From assembly GCA_018400695.1 (NCBI GenBank), contig JAGYMF010000001.1:3269-67268 (forward strand): a stretch of DNA of 64,000 nt, read 5' to 3'. Made by a program: the position numbers and the translations under genes. Numbering within the stretch: the first letter of the stretch is position 1; every line of letters starts with the position of its first letter. The stretch comes from Bacteroidales bacterium. Its GTDB lineage: Bacteria; Bacteroidota; Bacteroidia; Bacteroidales; GCA-2748055. This document shows positions 61,839 to 64,000 of the stretch, piece by piece. The notes under the pieces are model-generated. The model did not search any database. It saw only the letters and a program-made list of their open reading frames with translations, and had not been told where the DNA came from.

Positions 61839-62396
61839 TTACGGTTTCCATGGGATTTCCTTTTTTCCGGAAATATGCATTAACCACCTGGATAACAGGA
61901 AGTAATAATCCGAAAGCCGGTTAAAATATTTTAAAGTAATCTCATCCACCGGCTCTTTATCATTGAGCATCAGGATATTTCTCTCCACTCTTCTGCATAC
62001 CGTCCTGGCAATGTGTGCCTGCGAAGAGGATTGTTCACCGCCCGGAAGGATAAATGAACTGAGTTTCGGAAGCTCATGGTCCATCACATCGATGGCCTCT
62101 TCCAGGAAATGAACATCCTTCTCATACAATGATGGCATATTTTCCGGGAGGTCATTACCATCTGCTGCGATTACCGATGCGGCCGACATTAATCGTTCAA
62201 GCACCACCAGCAGCTGGTCCCTGACCTCTTCACGACCAACCATATCACGCAGCAGCGCAGTATGGGCCATCAACTCATCGATGGTCCCGTAGGCCTCAAT
62301 TCTCTGGTGATACTTGGAAACCCTTCTTCCTCCCAGCAGTGAAGTCTTTCCCTGGTCCCCCTTCTTCGTATAAATGGATGATTTTTCAATACTCAT
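61839..62396 (-). CDS. PduO-type ATP:cob(I)alamin adenosyltransferase
   Basis: 185 aa with IYTKKGDQGKTSL and the RIEAYGTIDEL motif. Confidence 0.9.
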   Translation of the reverse strand: MSIEKSSIYTKKGDQGKTSLLGGRRVSKYHQRIEAYGTIDELMAHTALLRDMVGREEVRDQLLVVLERLMSAASVIAADGNDLPENMPSLYEKDVHFLEEAIDVMDHELPKLSSFILPGGEQSSSQAHIARTVCRRVERNILMLNDKEPVDEITLKYFNRLSDYYFLLSRWLMHISGKKEIPWKP

Positions 62397-62475
62397 TCTG
62401 ACAGGTTTTATATAAAGACCTATACGGAAATGTTTTGTTCACAAAAAAAATCAGGATATGTACAAATGTGGAAAA

Positions 62476-63189
62476 CTAAGCGGAGACATGCTTTTCGGCA
62501 ATATTCGTATTCAGCTCATCCCTGGCCACCTCCCCATCTATCAGCCTGATGATCCTGTGTGCATGGCGTGCAATCTCCTCTTCGTGCGTCACCAGGATAA
62601 TGGTGTTCCCCAATGCGTGGACATCATCCAGGAGGTTCATAATATCGAGGGATGTTTTGGAATCCAGGTTGCCTGTTGGCTCATCGGCAAGGATAATAGA
62701 TGGCTTGTTCACCAGTGCCCTGGCCACGGCAACGCGCTGGCGCTGACCACCCGATAATTCATTGGGCTTATGATCCATCCTGTCTGTAAGCTGAACGCTT
62801 TCAATCACTTCCCTGGCCCGTTCTGTTCTAAGCTGTTTATTTACACCTGCATAAACCATTGGAAGCATGACATTTTCCAGTGCAGTATAGCGGGGGAGCA
62901 GGTTGAAGGTCTGAAAAACAAACCCTATCTCACGGTTGCGTATCTCTGCCAGTTCATTGTCCTCCATCTTACTAACGTCGGTGCCATTGAGGATGTATTT
63001 CCCATTGGAGGCGGTATCCAGGCATCCGATGATATTCATCAATGTGGATTTTCCGGAGCCGGAGGGCCCCATGATCGCCACATATTCATTTTTTTTCATA
63101 TTGATGGAGATCGTACGCAAAGCTGGTACCACAATGGATCCTACATAGTAGTTTTTTCCGATGTCCTGAAGTTGTATAATATATTCCAT
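62476..63189 (-). CDS. ABC transporter ATP-binding protein (MacB/LolD-like)
   Basis: Walker [10 protein letters not shown], the signature [15 protein letters not shown] and Walker [12 protein letters not shown] are present. The ATG at 63189 is preferred over the GTG at 63210. Confidence 0.9.
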   Translation of the reverse strand: MEYIIQLQDIGKNYYVGSIVVPALRTISINMKKNEYVAIMGPSGSGKSTLMNIIGCLDTASNGKYILNGTDVSKMEDNELAEIRNREIGFVFQTFNLLPRYTALENVMLPMVYAGVNKQLRTERAREVIESVQLTDRMDHKPNELSGGQRQRVAVARALVNKPSIILADEPTGNLDSKTSLDIMNLLDDVHALGNTIILVTHEEEIARHAHRIIRLIDGEVARDELNTNIAEKHVSA

Positions 63190-63248
63190 TTCTTTTCTGA
63201 ATAATAACACGAATGTAGGAATAATACGAAATATTCACCTGAAAATTG

Positions 63249-64000
63249 TCAAAAAAACACGTTAAAATGCTGTTTGGCAATCCCGGGCCTGACAAAAAGT
63301 ATTCCCATATGAAAAAGATCCATGGAGATATTCACCCTTTGATCTGCAACCAACGCTTTCCAGGCCTTCTCCATCTCGTCCGACCAATAGATGTCATCCA
63401 ATATGATCATCAACTCCCTGATCCCGTCCCCCTTCATCTGAAGAAGTGCCTGTACCTTTTCGATGGTTGGCTGGTACCTGTGGTCGCCATCGATAAAGAT
63501 GATCGTCTTATCAGATATCCGCTCCAGCAACGGCGGAAAACAGCGATCGAACCCTCCCATGATGAATTCAGTTACCCCCTCATTAAAAGCCGGTTGGTGC
63601 GCGATGGCAAAGGCATATTTCTCAGGACTGCCTTCGATACTGACAACCGGGGAACTTCCGGCTCCTGCAGAGAGATAAGCTGTGCTGATGCCGAGTCCTG
63701 ATCCCAGCTCTGTCACAAGCGAAGGTCCGTACCACCTGCAAAGCCTGTACAGCAATGCTCCCTGCTTTTGTGTCACGGATGACCTTTTCACGACAGAAGA
63801 AATTCTTCTCTCCTGCTGTGTCGTTACCCTGCTGCCGGCACCCTGTCCTGTGATCCGGATGTGCGCTTTCATCCCGGCCAGCTCCCTGTGATAGCTTTTC
63901 ACGGCCTCCGGAACACGCAGCCCACTTCTGTTGAAGACCACATTCCTGACCAGGTCATAGACAAACGGACTGTGAATCCCGTGACCGCCGCGATATCCTG
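63249..64000 (-). CDS. Class I SAM-dependent methyltransferase, 5'-partial (continues beyond the window)
   Basis: The SAM motif LVTELGSGLGIST and IFIDGDHRY are present. The frame stays open upstream of the ORF-track GTG at 63941 to the window edge and encodes a plausible ...HGIHSPFVYDLVRNV segment. Confidence 0.65.
   Translation of the reverse strand, partial: GYRGGHGIHSPFVYDLVRNVVFNRSGLRVPEAVKSYHRELAGMKAHIRITGQGAGSRVTTQQERRISSVVKRSSVTQKQGALLYRLCRWYGPSLVTELGSGLGISTAYLSAGAGSSPVVSIEGSPEKYAFAIAHQPAFNEGVTEFIMGGFDRCFPPLLERISDKTIIFIDGDHRYQPTIEKVQALLQMKGDGIRELMIILDDIYWSDEMEKAWKALVADQRVNISMDLFHMGILFVRPGIAKQHFNVFF

Noticed and set aside
62397-62475. Looked for a cobalamin riboswitch upstream of the cob(I)alamin adenosyltransferase
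   Set aside because: The intergenic region is only ~80 nt, too short for the element, and contains no B12-box-like sequence.

Overview
This is a dense, mostly housekeeping chromosomal window that looks like Bacteroidota, probably a facultatively anaerobic Bacteroidia or Marinilabiliales-like organism. That assignment is an inference from several points: TAnnTTTG -7 promoter boxes in front of many genes, a 287-aa primary sigma factor, a Rho with a long disordered N-terminal insertion, DUF4199, DUF2807 and DUF5063-type genes, a mitochondrial-type 754-aa aconitase, and PFOR. I call about 50 protein genes. They include gap, aconitase, miaA, an ilvD-ilvB-ilvN-ilvC operon, trkAH, comEC, def, ruvX, nifJ, rho, rpoD, recQ, guaB and a surA/PPIase/OstA envelope cluster. 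I also call one ncRNA (the small SRP RNA, which the ORF track misses), several intrinsic terminators and several candidate promoters. I found no rRNA, tRNA, CRISPR array, IS or transposase, integrase, or recognisable defence or toxin-antitoxin module. Four items deserve a second look. (1) A Rieske / b6-type fused cytochrome b / octaheme cytochrome c operon at 26316-30239, transcribed divergently from an octaheme HEAT/TPR cytochrome at 30354-32693. This is the only candidate unusual multi-gene system in the window. (2) A textbook-looking leader-peptide attenuator upstream of ilvD: a 21-aa peptide with 13 Ile/Leu/Val residues and mutually exclusive antiterminator and terminator hairpins. (3) A Rho disordered region partly encoded by imperfect 15-nt tandem repeats. 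(4) Several small unexplained elements: a mini lipoprotein gene, direct repeats in the nifJ leader, and an 18-nt tandem duplication. All functional calls come from reading motifs by eye, and no database search was run. Several ORF-track starts are TTG or GTG, and I moved those to a nearby ATG where homolog N-termini suggest it.
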